Shown here: piece after piece, positions 49,171 to 61,149 of the stretch
Layout: the number at the start of each line of letters is the position of its first letter
Numbering within the stretch: position 1 is the first letter of the stretch
DNA from: an uncultured Candidatus Saccharibacteria bacterium
GTDB taxonomy: Bacteria > Patescibacteriota > Minisyncoccia > UBA6257 > 2-01-FULL-56-20
Direction: 5' to 3'
NCBI GenBank assembly: GCA_964484655.1
Contig: CAZAFA010000002.1
Coordinates: 24,130-88,129, forward strand
DNA length: 64,000 nt
The notes under the pieces: model-generated
The model's database searches: none
The model's input: the letters and a program-made list of their open reading frames with translations, nothing else
What the model was told of the DNA's origin: nothing
Position numbers and translations under genes: made by a program

Positions 49171-49662
49171 ATGAATGACCGAACCTTCTTCCTCAAGACA
49201 TACGCAGCCGAATTCGCCACCACCCAGAACGTCCTCAAGGCCGTCCCGGAGGACAAGGGCGACTACACGCCGAACCCGGTATCCAAGACCCTGCGCCAGC
49301 TCGCCTGGTCCGTGGCGGCGAGCGAGCTCGCCTGGCAGCAGATAGCCGGGAAGGGCATCGACTTCGCCGACGCGGCCTGGAAGCGCGAGGCGCCGGCGAC
49401 GCTCGCGGAGATGATCGCGGTCCACGCCGCCGATCACGCGGCGAGCATGGCGGCGCTCGAGGCGCTCGACGACGCGGCCTGGGAAGCGGAGATTCCCGGA
49501 TGGATGGGCGGCCCGATGCCCCGCTACGAGCTCGCCTGGGGCATGCTCCACGACACGATCCACCATCGCGGCCAGCTCACCACCTACCTGCGCGCGGTCG
49601 GCGCCATCGTGCCGTCCATCTACGGCCCGACCGCCGAGCAGCCGATGCAGATGGATGCGTAA
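49171..49662 (+). CDS. DinB-family protein
   Basis: HHRGQLTTYLR..G..VPSIYGP. Confidence 0.88.
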   Translation: MNDRTFFLKTYAAEFATTQNVLKAVPEDKGDYTPNPVSKTLRQLAWSVAASELAWQQIAGKGIDFADAAWKREAPATLAEMIAVHAADHAASMAALEALDDAAWEAEIPGWMGGPMPRYELAWGMLHDTIHHRGQLTTYLRAVGAIVPSIYGPTAEQPMQMDA

Positions 49663-49698
49663 GCTCGCGATTCTCCAGCACGCCGGTCACCGCCCGGC

Positions 49699-50532
49699 AT
49701 GACGCCGTACTGCTATCTCGACGGGCAGACAGTCCCGGTGGCCGACGCGAAAGTCGGCGTATACGACACCGGCCTCCTCCGCGGCTTCGGCATCTACGAG
49801 GCGCTCGCGACGTATAACCGCAAGCCATTCATGTTCGACGCCCACATGGCGCGGTTCCGCGCTTCGGCTGACCGGCTCGGCCTCGACATCCCCGTCAGCG
49901 ACGAGGAGCTCCGCGCGATCCTCCTCGACCTGATGGAACGCAACGTCCCGGAGGGCGAGGCGGCGGTCCGCATCATCCTCACCGGCGGCGAGGCGATCGG
50001 CGGCATCGACTACGACCGCTCGAAGCCCACCTTCTACGTTCTCGTCGAGCCCATGCAGCTCCCGCCCGCGGAAGCCTTCGAGAACGGGGTGTCCGTGATC
50101 GTCGCCGAGCACCAGCGGCAGCTGCCCGAATGCAAGACCATCGACTACATCGAGGCCGTGATGCGCCAGAAGGAGCGCAAGGAGGCGGGGGCGCTCGAGG
50201 TCCTGTTCATCTCTGAAGGGCTCGTGCGCGAATGCGCCACCAGCAACGTGTTCGTCGTGAAGCACGGCGTCATCGCGACGCCGAAGGACAGGATCCTGCT
50301 TGGCATCACGCGGAAGGCGGCGATTATGGCCGCGGAGCCGAGGTTCCCCCTCGAGGAGCGCGACGTGACCGTGGACGAGCTCTACGCCGCGGACGAGGCC
50401 TTCATCACCTCCTCCTTCAAGGACGTGGTGCCGGTGGTGCGCGTCGGCGACCGCGTCATCGGGGACGGGAAGCCGGGGCCGGTGACGCGCGAGGTCATGC
50501 GGCTCTTCCACGAGCTCACGCAGGCAGCATAA
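49699..50532 (+). CDS. class IV aminotransferase (D-amino-acid/branched-chain type)
   Basis: G.GIYE, H..RF..SA, CKT, EC.TSNVF, LLGITR, ADEAFITSS. Confidence 0.9.
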   Translation: MTPYCYLDGQTVPVADAKVGVYDTGLLRGFGIYEALATYNRKPFMFDAHMARFRASADRLGLDIPVSDEELRAILLDLMERNVPEGEAAVRIILTGGEAIGGIDYDRSKPTFYVLVEPMQLPPAEAFENGVSVIVAEHQRQLPECKTIDYIEAVMRQKERKEAGALEVLFISEGLVRECATSNVFVVKHGVIATPKDRILLGITRKAAIMAAEPRFPLEERDVTVDELYAADEAFITSSFKDVVPVVRVGDRVIGDGKPGPVTREVMRLFHELTQAA

Positions 50533-50561
50533 AGAAAGGGACCGCGTCGCGGTCCCTTCTT

Positions 50562-51293
50562 CTAGAACGCCTCGCGCAGAGGCGACTCGCGGATGATGCC
50601 CATCGCCTCCTCCGCGGAGTCGACGACCGTGAAGATCTGCAGGTCCTCGGCATCGATGGAGCCGTGCTGGGCAAGCAGCACCGTCTTCATCCAGGCCGTG
50701 AGCGGGTCCCAGAACTCGTGACCGACGAGGATGACCGGGATATGCGTCGCGATCTTCCGCGTCTGGATGAGCGTGACTATCTCGAAGAACTCGTCGAGCG
50801 TCCCGAAGCCGCCCGGGAAGTAGACGTACGCCTGAGCCGCGTACGTGAGCATGAGCTTGCGCGTGAAGAAGTAGTGGAAGCCCTTCGCCTTGTTCACGTA
50901 GGGGTTGATCCGCTGCTCGCGCGGCAGCTGGATGTTCAGGCCGACGGAGACGCCTCCGGCCTCGGCGGCGCCCTGGTTGCCCGCCTGCATGATGCCCGGG
51001 CCGCCTCCCGTGACGACCACGTAGCCCTCCGTGGCGAGCATCGCCCCGAGCTTCCGCGCCTCGCCGTACCACTGCTGCGCGATGACGCTCTCGTCCCGGG
51101 TCGAGCCGAAGATCGTCACCGACTTCTTGACGTCCGTCAGGAACTCGAAGCCCTCGATGAACTCGGCCATGATGCGGAAGATCCGCCACTGCATGCTGTC
51201 GCGGAAGTCCTTCGGGGGCATAACCATGCCCGCCTCCTTGTCCGAGAGCGTGGACGCGGGGACCGGAGGCTGCGGGAGGTCCTGAGGATCCAT
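50562..51293 (-). CDS. LOG-family (TIGR00730-like) protein
   Basis: TGGGPGIM, PGGFGTLDE. Confidence 0.92.
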   Translation of the reverse strand: MDPQDLPQPPVPASTLSDKEAGMVMPPKDFRDSMQWRIFRIMAEFIEGFEFLTDVKKSVTIFGSTRDESVIAQQWYGEARKLGAMLATEGYVVVTGGGPGIMQAGNQGAAEAGGVSVGLNIQLPREQRINPYVNKAKGFHYFFTRKLMLTYAAQAYVYFPGGFGTLDEFFEIVTLIQTRKIATHIPVILVGHEFWDPLTAWMKTVLLAQHGSIDAEDLQIFTVVDSAEEAMGIIRESPLREAF

Positions 51294-51370
51294 GACCGAA
51301 GTATACCAGCTGCGCCCGTGGTAGAATGAACGCGCTTCTTTCCCCGAAAGAACATCACCTACAACACCCC

Positions 51371-51577
51371 ATGAACAAGCTTTCCGGTCTCGATTGGGTC
51401 GCGATGATCCTCGTCATCGTCGGCGGCCTCAACTGGCTCCTCGTCGGCGCCTTCCAGTTCGACCTCGTCGCCACGCTCTTCGGAGACATGACCATGCTCG
51501 CGCGCGTCGTGTACGTGCTCGTCGGTCTCTCGGCGATCTACCTGCTCACGATGGCAGGCAAGCTCCGCCGCGCCTAA
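51371..51577 (+). CDS. DUF378 membrane protein
   Basis: IVGGLNWLLVG..FDLV..LFG. Confidence 0.88.
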   Translation: MNKLSGLDWVAMILVIVGGLNWLLVGAFQFDLVATLFGDMTMLARVVYVLVGLSAIYLLTMAGKLRRA

Positions 51578-51727
51578 GAGGCGCCCGGATGCGGAAAGGA
51601 CGCCCGCGAGGGCGTCCTTTCCTTTGTCAGCCGCCAACAGGTCGACCGCTTGCCTTTCGCGCGCGATGGGCTAGGGTGCCTGCACGTTCGTACGTTGATA
51701 TTCAGGTAATAAGGAGGACAGAGACTG

Positions 51728-52327
51728 ATGGACTATCGAGCCGTGAACGGCCGCTGCGCGGCCGACATCGCGGACCTGCGGCTTCCCCTCTCCGAGGACG
51801 AGGCGCTCGCCCTGCTCGGGCATCTCGGCTTCGACCTCGTGGAGGTAGATCCGGTCGAGATCGCGCGCTCGCGCGTCGGCGTCTCGACGTACCGGCGCGG
51901 CGCGCGCATGCGCGAGGCGCCGCGCGTCTTCGACTGCTCGGGCTTCGCGAAGTGGGTCTACGGCGCATGCGGCATCTGGCTGCCGCGCCGGAGCATCCAG
52001 CAGCGGGAATGCGGCATCGCGATCCCGGTGCTCGAGATCGAGGCGGGCGACGTCGTCTTCGTCTCGGGACGGATCGACTACTACTTCGACGACCCCGAGG
52101 ACGGCGTGGGACACGTCGGCATCGCCACCAGCGAAGGCACCGTGGTGCACGCGGCGAACACCGCGCGCGGCGTCGTGGAGGACCCGTTCGAGGACTTCGC
52201 GCCTCCCGGCAAGCTCCGCGGCATCCGCCGCTACCGCGCGCCGGGAACCCGCGTCTTCGCGATTCCGCCCGACCGCGAGGTGGAGACCTCGGACGACCTG
52301 CGCTGGATAGCGCTACAGAACCTATAG
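51728..52327 (+). CDS. NlpC/P60-family hydrolase
   Basis: FDCSG, LPR.S.QQ, GDVVF, HVGI, VHA. Confidence 0.85.
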   Translation: MDYRAVNGRCAADIADLRLPLSEDEALALLGHLGFDLVEVDPVEIARSRVGVSTYRRGARMREAPRVFDCSGFAKWVYGACGIWLPRRSIQQRECGIAIPVLEIEAGDVVFVSGRIDYYFDDPEDGVGHVGIATSEGTVVHAANTARGVVEDPFEDFAPPGKLRGIRRYRAPGTRVFAIPPDREVETSDDLRWIALQNL

Positions 52328-52427
52328 AGAAAGAGGCCCCGCGGGGCCTCTTTTCGCGCGTAAAGGACCGGGAGCGGCATCCGTCATATACAGCGAGTCG
52401 ATAACCAGCATTCAAGTTTCCCCAGCA

Positions 52428-52751
52428 ATGTTCGAAATCCGACGCATACTCAACGACTTCATCCGCATCGTCCTCGCGATCGTGGAGGTGTTCCTCGCGC
52501 TGCGGTTCATCCTGCGGCTCGCAGGGGCCAACGCAACGGCGCCCTTCGCCAAGTTCGTGTACGCCTCGAGCGCGGCTCTCCTCGAGCCGTTCCGCGGCCT
52601 CTTTCCCACGGCGATGCTCGAGCCGGGCAGCGTGATCGAGTTCTCGACGCTCTTCGCGATGATCATATACGCGCTCTTCGCCTACCTGATCATTGAGCTG
52701 ATTCGATGGGCAGAGCGCGCGACGCGCGAGGGCTCGCGAAGGCTCGGCTGA
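52428..52751 (+). CDS. YggT-family membrane protein
   Basis: LRFILRLAGAN, LLEPFRGLFP. Confidence 0.8.
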   Translation: MFEIRRILNDFIRIVLAIVEVFLALRFILRLAGANATAPFAKFVYASSAALLEPFRGLFPTAMLEPGSVIEFSTLFAMIIYALFAYLIIELIRWAERATREGSRRLG

Positions 52752-52813
52752 AGAATCAGACAAAGGGCGAGCAAGAGCTCGCCCTTTGTCTGCTCAACGG
52801 AACCGATCTACTG

Positions 52814-52898
52814 CGGAGAGGAAGGGATTCGAACCCTTGATACCTTGCGGTACACAGTCTTTCCAGGACTGCCGTTTCAACCACTCACGCACCTCTCC
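52814..52898 (-). tRNA. tRNA-Ser(GGA)
   Basis: GGAGAGG...CCTCTCC-G; anticodon arm CAGTC-CTGGAAA-GACTG. Confidence 0.95.
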
Positions 52899-52948
52899 AG
52901 TGCCGTGCCTGGGGATTCTAGGGATAACTTCCCGCGGGTGCCAGGGCG

Positions 52949-53419
52949 CTAGCCCTGGGAATCCGAGGCCTCTCCGGACGCGTCGTCCGCATCCGCATGC
53001 GCCTGCGGATGCTGCGCCGGCCGCGCTGCCGCGGCGGGACCCGCGTTGAGGACCGCCTCCTTCAGCGGCATCTCGGCCGGGAACGGCGCGCCGAAGCGGT
53101 TGCTCCCCGCCGTCCCCTTCCTGAAGAGGAGGACGAGCAGCATGACGACGTTCACGAACGGGATGAAGTTGAGCAGCACGAACCAGCCGCTCCACGCCAT
53201 GTCGTGGTAGCGGCGGACCGTGACGCCGACGTTGACCACGACCATCGCGATGATCGCCACCGCCGAGGCGAGCGTCATGAGCGCGCCGATCCCGTCCAGG
53301 ATCAGGTCCAGTGAGGAGAAGACGATCCTGACGAGGATGACGGCTACCAGGAACGCCAGCTGGGCCCACGCGAAGTGCGCGCGGCCGAGACGTCCTTCGA
53401 AGAGGCGGGAGAAGTTCAT
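52949..53419 (-). CDS. DUF805 membrane protein
   Basis: GRLGR..F, VRRYHD..SGW, G.NRFG. Confidence 0.88.
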   Translation of the reverse strand: MNFSRLFEGRLGRAHFAWAQLAFLVAVILVRIVFSSLDLILDGIGALMTLASAVAIIAMVVVNVGVTVRRYHDMAWSGWFVLLNFIPFVNVVMLLVLLFRKGTAGSNRFGAPFPAEMPLKEAVLNAGPAAAARPAQHPQAHADADDASGEASDSQG

Positions 53420-53428
53420 GAGCGCAGT

Positions 53429-54334
53429 CTACCGCACCTCCTCATCGACGCGCATCTGCCGCAGGACGGCGATGCGCTCCTCGAGGGGCGGATGCGTCAT
53501 GAAGAGCTTGTGGATCATCCCGAGCCGCTCGCGGCCCTTGAACGGGTTGGAGATCCAGAGGTGCGCCGTCGCGTCGGACGCGACGGGAAGCCGTGACTGG
53601 TCCCCGCGGATCTTCTCGAGCGCGTCGGCGAGGTCCTGCGGGCGCCGGGTCAGCAGGGCGCCCGTGGCATCCGCGAGCGACTCGCGACGCCGCGAGACCG
53701 CCAGCTGCATGAGCGTCGCCGCGATAGGCGCGAGGATGATCAGCGCGATGCTCGCGATGCCGGACACGGGATTGCGCTCGTCGCGGTTCCCGCCGCCGAA
53801 CATGAGCGCGCTGCCGAGGAAGTGGCTCGCCATCGCAACCGAGCCGGCGAGCACCACGGCGATGCTCGAGACGAGGATGTCCCGGTTCGAGACGTGCGAG
53901 AGCTCGTGCGCGAGCACGCCCTCGAGCTCCGCCGCAGTCAGCTGCCGCATCGCGCCCGTGGTGACCGCCACCGCGGCGTGGGACGGGTTGCGTCCCGTGG
54001 CGAACGCGTTGATCTGGGGCTGGTCGATAAGATACAGCCGCGGCATCGGGATGTGCGCCTGGTGCGCCAGGCGCCGGACGGCCGCGTAGAGCGCCGGCTG
54101 CTCCTGCTCGGTGACCGGCTTCGCGCCGCTCGCGGCCAGGGCGATCCTGTCCGACCAGAAGTAGCTGACGAAGGTGGTCAGGAGAGAGAAGCCGATCGCG
54201 ATGGTCAGGATGGACGGGTTGCCGACGTACGTCGCGAGGGCGTAGCCGACGGCTATGACCAGGCCCGCGAAGACGGCGATCAGGAGCCCTGATTTGAAGA
54301 GGTTGGCGCTGCGGTGCGCGAGTGCGTTCTGCAT
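53429..54334 (-). CDS. htpX: protease HtpX (M48)
   Basis: NAFATGRNP, AHELSH, SRRRE..AD, THPP..ERI. Confidence 0.95.
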   Translation of the reverse strand: MQNALAHRSANLFKSGLLIAVFAGLVIAVGYALATYVGNPSILTIAIGFSLLTTFVSYFWSDRIALAASGAKPVTEQEQPALYAAVRRLAHQAHIPMPRLYLIDQPQINAFATGRNPSHAAVAVTTGAMRQLTAAELEGVLAHELSHVSNRDILVSSIAVVLAGSVAMASHFLGSALMFGGGNRDERNPVSGIASIALIILAPIAATLMQLAVSRRRESLADATGALLTRRPQDLADALEKIRGDQSRLPVASDATAHLWISNPFKGRERLGMIHKLFMTHPPLEERIAVLRQMRVDEEVR

Positions 54335-54456
54335 GTGGCCTATACCTTATCACGGCCGGATAAGGCTGAAATTACTTGCAATTCAGGATATTTTGTGGTA
54401 TGGTGATGCCAAGCTTTTTTGAAAAAAATTAAAGGTAATAAGGAGATTTTAGAATT

Positions 54457-55155
54457 ATGGATATCGAGAAGAGGACCGCGATGGCGGTCTCGCCCAAGAA
54501 CGAGCTGACTCTGGCTTCGCCGGAGCTGATTCAAGGCGCGAAAGCGCTCAACTACAGACCGAAGACGTTGCTGGACAGGATCCAGCAGCATCTTCCCAAT
54601 CCGGTCGAGGCTCGGATCTACCTGAGCGTCGGTCCGAAGATGAAGCATCGTCCCGCGACGTTCGCGATCATCCTGCGCGAGCTCATGGGCTCCCAGGAGA
54701 TCAACGAGCAGGACCTCGATCCCGTCAAAGGGACGAGCGTCGCTCGCGTCGAATGGCTGCTGGACGCGCTCGAGACCGTGCTGGCGCTGATCCTCAGGGC
54801 ACCGGACGACTACAACGGTCTCCGGCTCGGAGCTCAGTCGGCTGCACGGCTCTGGATCGCTTACGGCGATAACGCGGATACGTTCATCGCTTCGGTTATG
54901 GACAACATTCCCGAGATCGCCCACCAGCTCGGTTACACCGGGAGGAAGCCGTATCGGAGCCGCCTCGGCGACGACGATTACGAGTGGTATCCCGAGGGCA
55001 AGGTGGCGAAGCATGCCTTCGGCATGTTCAACCACGTGATATTCCCCTACTGTCGCGATCACGGCGTTCCCTACTTCCTGGAGTTCCTCGAGTTCTTCCA
55101 GGTTGGAGAGATCGCCCGCTCGATCGAGGAGTGGGAAGACATGGAGGACGAATAG
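54457..55155 (+). CDS. hypothetical protein
   Basis: AT-rich promoter, AGGTAATAAGGAG SD. Confidence 0.72.
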   Translation: MDIEKRTAMAVSPKNELTLASPELIQGAKALNYRPKTLLDRIQQHLPNPVEARIYLSVGPKMKHRPATFAIILRELMGSQEINEQDLDPVKGTSVARVEWLLDALETVLALILRAPDDYNGLRLGAQSAARLWIAYGDNADTFIASVMDNIPEIAHQLGYTGRKPYRSRLGDDDYEWYPEGKVAKHAFGMFNHVIFPYCRDHGVPYFLEFLEFFQVGEIARSIEEWEDMEDE

Positions 55156-55156
55156 C

Positions 55157-56512
55157 ATGGCGATATTCGATCGCACTGACCTGCTGCGCACCATCAAGGG
55201 GGCGCAGCAGAACCCGTTAAGGACAATCGGCTTCAGTGCGCAGCTCCTGCGGCTCAACCTCACTGAGGAAGAGCTCTGGAAATACGCCAAGCAAGCCGCC
55301 AAGCAGCTGGTCGCCATCATCCATCCGGATCAGGCGGACAGCGAGGAGCGCGAAGCGAGCATCGCCATGCGCGACGCTTTCGAAGCGCTCAAGGACTTCT
55401 CGGCATTCCAGGAAGCGCTCGCCGAGCTCCGCAAGGAGCACAGCGAGGAACGCAGCCAGGAGAACGCGAAGAAGCGTGCAGTCCGCCAGGGCGACTCACT
55501 CGTCCAGGAAGCGGTACGCCAGCGCGAGCAGGCGATCGCCGACGCGAACGAGCACAAGCGGCAGGTGGAGCGGCTCAAGAACCAGCTCTCCCGACTGACC
55601 GGCACCGACACGGTGGTGGTCAGGAACCGCAAGAGCAAGGAGCGGAACGGCTTCGAATGGATCAAGATGCCGCGTCAGCTGACGCAAGCCATCGCGATCC
55701 GGTTCGAGGTCAAGACCTGGAAGGGCAAGGTAGGCGAACCGGGGATGCTGCAAGGCGTCATCGGCACCTACAACCGGAAACGGGAGCGGGCACTCCGCAC
55801 GATGGCGACGAAGCGCAAGGAGGCGAGCAAGACTCGCGAGCTCCGCCCCGGCGAGCTGCAGCTCAATCCCGACCGCGACTCGGGTCACGTCGAGGAGGCG
55901 CACCACAAGATCGAGAAATTCGGTTACGCCTCGCGCACGCTGGCTGAGCTGGTCGCCCAGGCGATCGAACAGCCGATCCCGGTGCTCAACTGGGGTATGG
56001 CGAACGCTCTCGACGAGTACGGCATCGTGCGCGGCACGGTACGGCATACCAAGGTCCCTGACCTTGCCCAGGTCGTATCGGCGAGCGCTTTCGATCCGGA
56101 GGACTTCGAGAAGCACTACCGTCGCGCGTTCTCCGACCTCGTCGCCTGGCTCGATCGCCGCGTCACCCGGGTCTCCGAGATCCATGTCTTTCCCGAGCTC
56201 GTCGACCTCCGCGGCGGATGGTTCAACGGCATCGATTCCAAGATCGTGCTGGGGAGCGTCTTCCTGGACGAGATGAAGCTCAGCCTGGAGAAAGGGTATC
56301 TGAGCGCGGGAACCTATCCCGAGGACCTGGAATACCCGGTCGTGTGCGAAGGGGCGCTCGTCGCGACGTGCATGCCGACCGAGATCGGCGTCACGGGCGA
56401 TATCGCGCGCTTGCGCGCGGACTCCTTCCATACGGAACTCTTCAATAAGGCAGGACGCTTGAAGGAAGGCCCGCGTATCATCGCGACGCACTACCTTCTC
56501 GAACTGATGTAA
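55157..56512 (+). CDS. J-domain-like (HPD) coiled-coil protein
   Basis: EEELWKYAKQAAKQLVAIIHPDQ...AMRDAFEALKD; 1 nt after the upstream stop. Confidence 0.7.
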   Translation: MAIFDRTDLLRTIKGAQQNPLRTIGFSAQLLRLNLTEEELWKYAKQAAKQLVAIIHPDQADSEEREASIAMRDAFEALKDFSAFQEALAELRKEHSEERSQENAKKRAVRQGDSLVQEAVRQREQAIADANEHKRQVERLKNQLSRLTGTDTVVVRNRKSKERNGFEWIKMPRQLTQAIAIRFEVKTWKGKVGEPGMLQGVIGTYNRKRERALRTMATKRKEASKTRELRPGELQLNPDRDSGHVEEAHHKIEKFGYASRTLAELVAQAIEQPIPVLNWGMANALDEYGIVRGTVRHTKVPDLAQVVSASAFDPEDFEKHYRRAFSDLVAWLDRRVTRVSEIHVFPELVDLRGGWFNGIDSKIVLGSVFLDEMKLSLEKGYLSAGTYPEDLEYPVVCEGALVATCMPTEIGVTGDIARLRADSFHTELFNKAGRLKEGPRIIATHYLLELM

Positions 56513-56560
56513 ATGGAACGGGCGCTCTCACGAGCGCCCGTCTTTTATTCCTGCATAAGG

Positions 56561-58490
<1,930 letters not shown>

Positions 58491-58521
58491 GGTGTGTGAT
58501 ACGCGTTTGTGCGGACGGATA

Positions 58522-58548
58522 TTAGCAATCCCAAGAGGAGATTGCCAA
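58522..58548. promoter_or_regulatory. CIRCE element (HrcA operator)
   Basis: TTAGCAATC-N9-GATTGCCAA versus consensus TTAGCACTC-N9-GAGTGCTAA, just upstream of groES. Confidence 0.82.
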
Positions 58549-58616
58549 GACTTGCCAAGGACGCAGGAGATCTGTTTAGTTACGCCGGACCTAATTTAAA
58601 AAACAGGAGAAGGCTG

Positions 58617-59009
58617 ATGAGTAGGAAGAAGGAGAACCTTTTCATTTTCTTAGGCATGGCGGTGGCGCTCGGAATCATATTCTTCGTCGTAGCACAGATC
58701 GTCCCCAGCAACGCCCGCTCGACATCCCTGCACCAGGGAAGCGCGGTAGTGCGCGGCACGGTGACTAAGATCCCCATTGAGACGGAGTCCGGCGTCTCCA
58801 TGCTGGAGTTCGGAAGCGGCGGCAGGACGTATCGCGCCCGCCTGCCGAATGAGTGCGGGGATGACATCGCGGTCGGCACCGAGATCGAGGTCTGGGTGGA
58901 CACCTGGCGATCGGACGGTATCGCGATAACCGAATCGGAGCCTCCCGTGTACGCGCAGGAGGCGTTTGTGAAATGCCGTAAGGTATGGAAGCTGACGCAG
59001 AACCGCTGA
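58617..59009 (+). CDS. membrane-anchored hypothetical protein
   Basis: AGGAG upstream, one TM helix, beta-rich domain, terminator. Confidence 0.65.
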   Translation: MSRKKENLFIFLGMAVALGIIFFVVAQIVPSNARSTSLHQGSAVVRGTVTKIPIETESGVSMLEFGSGGRTYRARLPNECGDDIAVGTEIEVWVDTWRSDGIAITESEPPVYAQEAFVKCRKVWKLTQNR

Positions 59010-59076
59010 CGACAGGCAAACGGAACGAAGAGCGGACATCGCATTATGTCCGCTCTTTATAATCAATATGAGCCGA

Positions 59077-60000
59077 CTATCCGACCTTCGCCTCGTCGTA
59101 CAGGCTCAGCAACGCCTTGATAGCGTCGCCGGCGGCGATGTTGTTCTGCTTGTAGTGCCCGTCGGTGATGTCCCCCGCCGCCCAGATGCGCGGGTGGGAC
59201 GTCTTCTGCGTCTTCGGGTCCGTTACCACCTGGCCGCGCTCGTTGAGCGTCACGAGGTCGCGCACGAGGTCGCTGTTCGGCACGGAGCCGATCTCGACGA
59301 ACACGCCGTGCACCTGCAGCGTCTTCTTCTCGCCCGTCGCGTTGTCCTGGTACCGCAGGCCCGAGACCATCTTGTCGCCCTCGATAGCGAGCACCGTGAC
59401 GTTCGGCACGCGCTCCACCTTTTCGCTCCCGAGTGCGACCTGCTGCGTGATCGCGTCGCCCTTCAGGGTGCCGCTCCGGTCCAGGAGATAGATCCGATTC
59501 GCGTACGGGATGAGGTCCACGACCGCCTCGACGCCCGCGTTCCCGCCGCCGACCACCGCGACGTCCATGCCGCGGAAGAGCGGCGCGTCGCACGTGGCGC
59601 AATACACCACGCCGCGGCCCTCGAACTGGTCCTCACCGGGGACGCCGAGGCGCCGGTACCGGCTCCCGACCGCCAGCAGCAGGCGCTCCGCCTGGAGCGA
59701 CTCGCCGTTGGAGAGCGTCAGCGTGAAGAGCGCGCCGTCGTCGGCGATCGACGTCACGCGGCTCTCGCGGACCGCTACCTCCGGGTACGCGAGCACGTGC
59801 GCCTTGAGCGCGTTCGCGAGTTCGGTTCCCGATATGGATGGCGTGCCGATCCAGTTATGGATGTCCGCCGAGACCGCGGACTGGCCGCCGAAGCTGTCCG
59901 CCACGATAGCCGTGCGCAGCTGCTTGCGCGCGGCGTAGACGGCGGCAGCGACCCCTGCCGGGCCGCCGCCGATGATCGCTACCTGGTACGCCTCCGCCAT
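59077..60000 (-). CDS. trxB: thioredoxin reductase-family FAD oxidoreductase
   Basis: GGGPAG, CATCD, GGGNAG, AAGD. Confidence 0.88.
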   Translation of the reverse strand: MAEAYQVAIIGGGPAGVAAAVYAARKQLRTAIVADSFGGQSAVSADIHNWIGTPSISGTELANALKAHVLAYPEVAVRESRVTSIADDGALFTLTLSNGESLQAERLLLAVGSRYRRLGVPGEDQFEGRGVVYCATCDAPLFRGMDVAVVGGGNAGVEAVVDLIPYANRIYLLDRSGTLKGDAITQQVALGSEKVERVPNVTVLAIEGDKMVSGLRYQDNATGEKKTLQVHGVFVEIGSVPNSDLVRDLVTLNERGQVVTDPKTQKTSHPRIWAAGDITDGHYKQNNIAAGDAIKALLSLYDEAKVG

Positions 60001-60002
60001 GA

Positions 60003-60740
60003 CTACCGCAGGAAGCCGTCGATGATCTCTTGGAACGTAGAGAACGGGTACGCGCCCTCGACCTTCTGGTCGTTGACGAAGATGGTCGGCGTCGAGTTCA
60101 CGCCGTAGCGCGTGCTCGCGTCCTTGGTCTGGTCCTGCACGTACTGGTCGTACGTCTTGCCGTCGATGCAGGAGGCGAACTTCTGCTCGTCGAGCTGCGC
60201 GTCCTTGGCGAGCTTCATGAACAGCGTGCGGTTCAGGTTGCCGTTGTGCTCCTGCCCGTCCGCGACCTCGGCGTTGAAGAGGCCGTCATGGAAGTCCCAG
60301 AACTTGCCCTGGTCCTTGGCGCACTCGCTCGCGGCCGCGGCCGCGATGGACTCGGGGCCGAGGAAGGCGAGGTGGCGGTACACGATCTTCGCCTTGCCCG
60401 TCTCCACGTAGGCCGAGCGGATCTGCGCCTCGGTCTCCTGGAAGTACTCGCCGCAGAACGGACACTGGAAGTCCTCGTACTGCACGATCGAGACGGGCGC
60501 GTCCGGGTTGCCGAGGATGGCGTCGCGATCCTCCGCGGCCGGCGCCTCAACCTTGGCCGCTACGCCCGGATCCTGGGTGTCCGGAGCCGCCGCGGTCTTC
60601 CCGCCGTGCACCATGTAGATGAGCGAGCCGGAGATGAGGACGGCCGCGACGAGGATGGATGCGGGGAGAAGCCAGGCCGGCGTACCGCCCGAGCGGGCCT
60701 CGGCTACCGGCGTGTGTTCGTGTGCGTGCTGATGTTCCAT
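60003..60740 (-). CDS. DsbA-family thiol-disulfide oxidoreductase
   Basis: GNPDAPV, DFQCPFC, QGKFW, STPT. Confidence 0.9.
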   Translation of the reverse strand: MEHQHAHEHTPVAEARSGGTPAWLLPASILVAAVLISGSLIYMVHGGKTAAAPDTQDPGVAAKVEAPAAEDRDAILGNPDAPVSIVQYEDFQCPFCGEYFQETEAQIRSAYVETGKAKIVYRHLAFLGPESIAAAAASECAKDQGKFWDFHDGLFNAEVADGQEHNGNLNRTLFMKLAKDAQLDEQKFASCIDGKTYDQYVQDQTKDASTRYGVNSTPTIFVNDQKVEGAYPFSTFQEIIDGFLR

Positions 60741-60816
60741 GCGGCTACTGTATCACACGCGTCCGAAGACGCAGAAAGGGCCGCATGGCGCGGCCCTTCG
60801 CTGGAAAAGGAAACGA

Positions 60817-61044
60817 TCAGTCGAGGAGGATCCGCGGATGCGGATGCCGTGCGATCTCGAGCCGGAGCCCGAGGAACATCTTCTCGCCCATGAGCCCGAA
60901 GGCCAGGGAGAGCAGACCGAGACCGATCAGGGTGACCATCGTCCCCGGCTCGGGACACAGGGAACCGAACAGGACGAGGATGAGCGCGAACGGGAGGAAT
61001 ATCACTCTCCGCAAGCTCTCGCGAATCGCATTGATATCGAGCAT
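60817..61044 (-). CDS. small 2-TM hypothetical protein
   Basis: TTGACT-N17-TATTAT promoter, AGGAG SD, 75 aa, hairpin at 60776-60799. Confidence 0.55.
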   Translation of the reverse strand: MLDINAIRESLRRVIFLPFALILVLFGSLCPEPGTMVTLIGLGLLSLAFGLMGEKMFLGLRLEIARHPHPRILLD

Positions 61045-61149
61045 AGAAAAATCTCCTATAGGAACAGTATAAAAGGCTGACCAAATAATAAGCATTTTAT
61101 TGATAAAAGTCAATTCTTGCCGGCGCATGCGAGCTGGTACCATTCGGCC

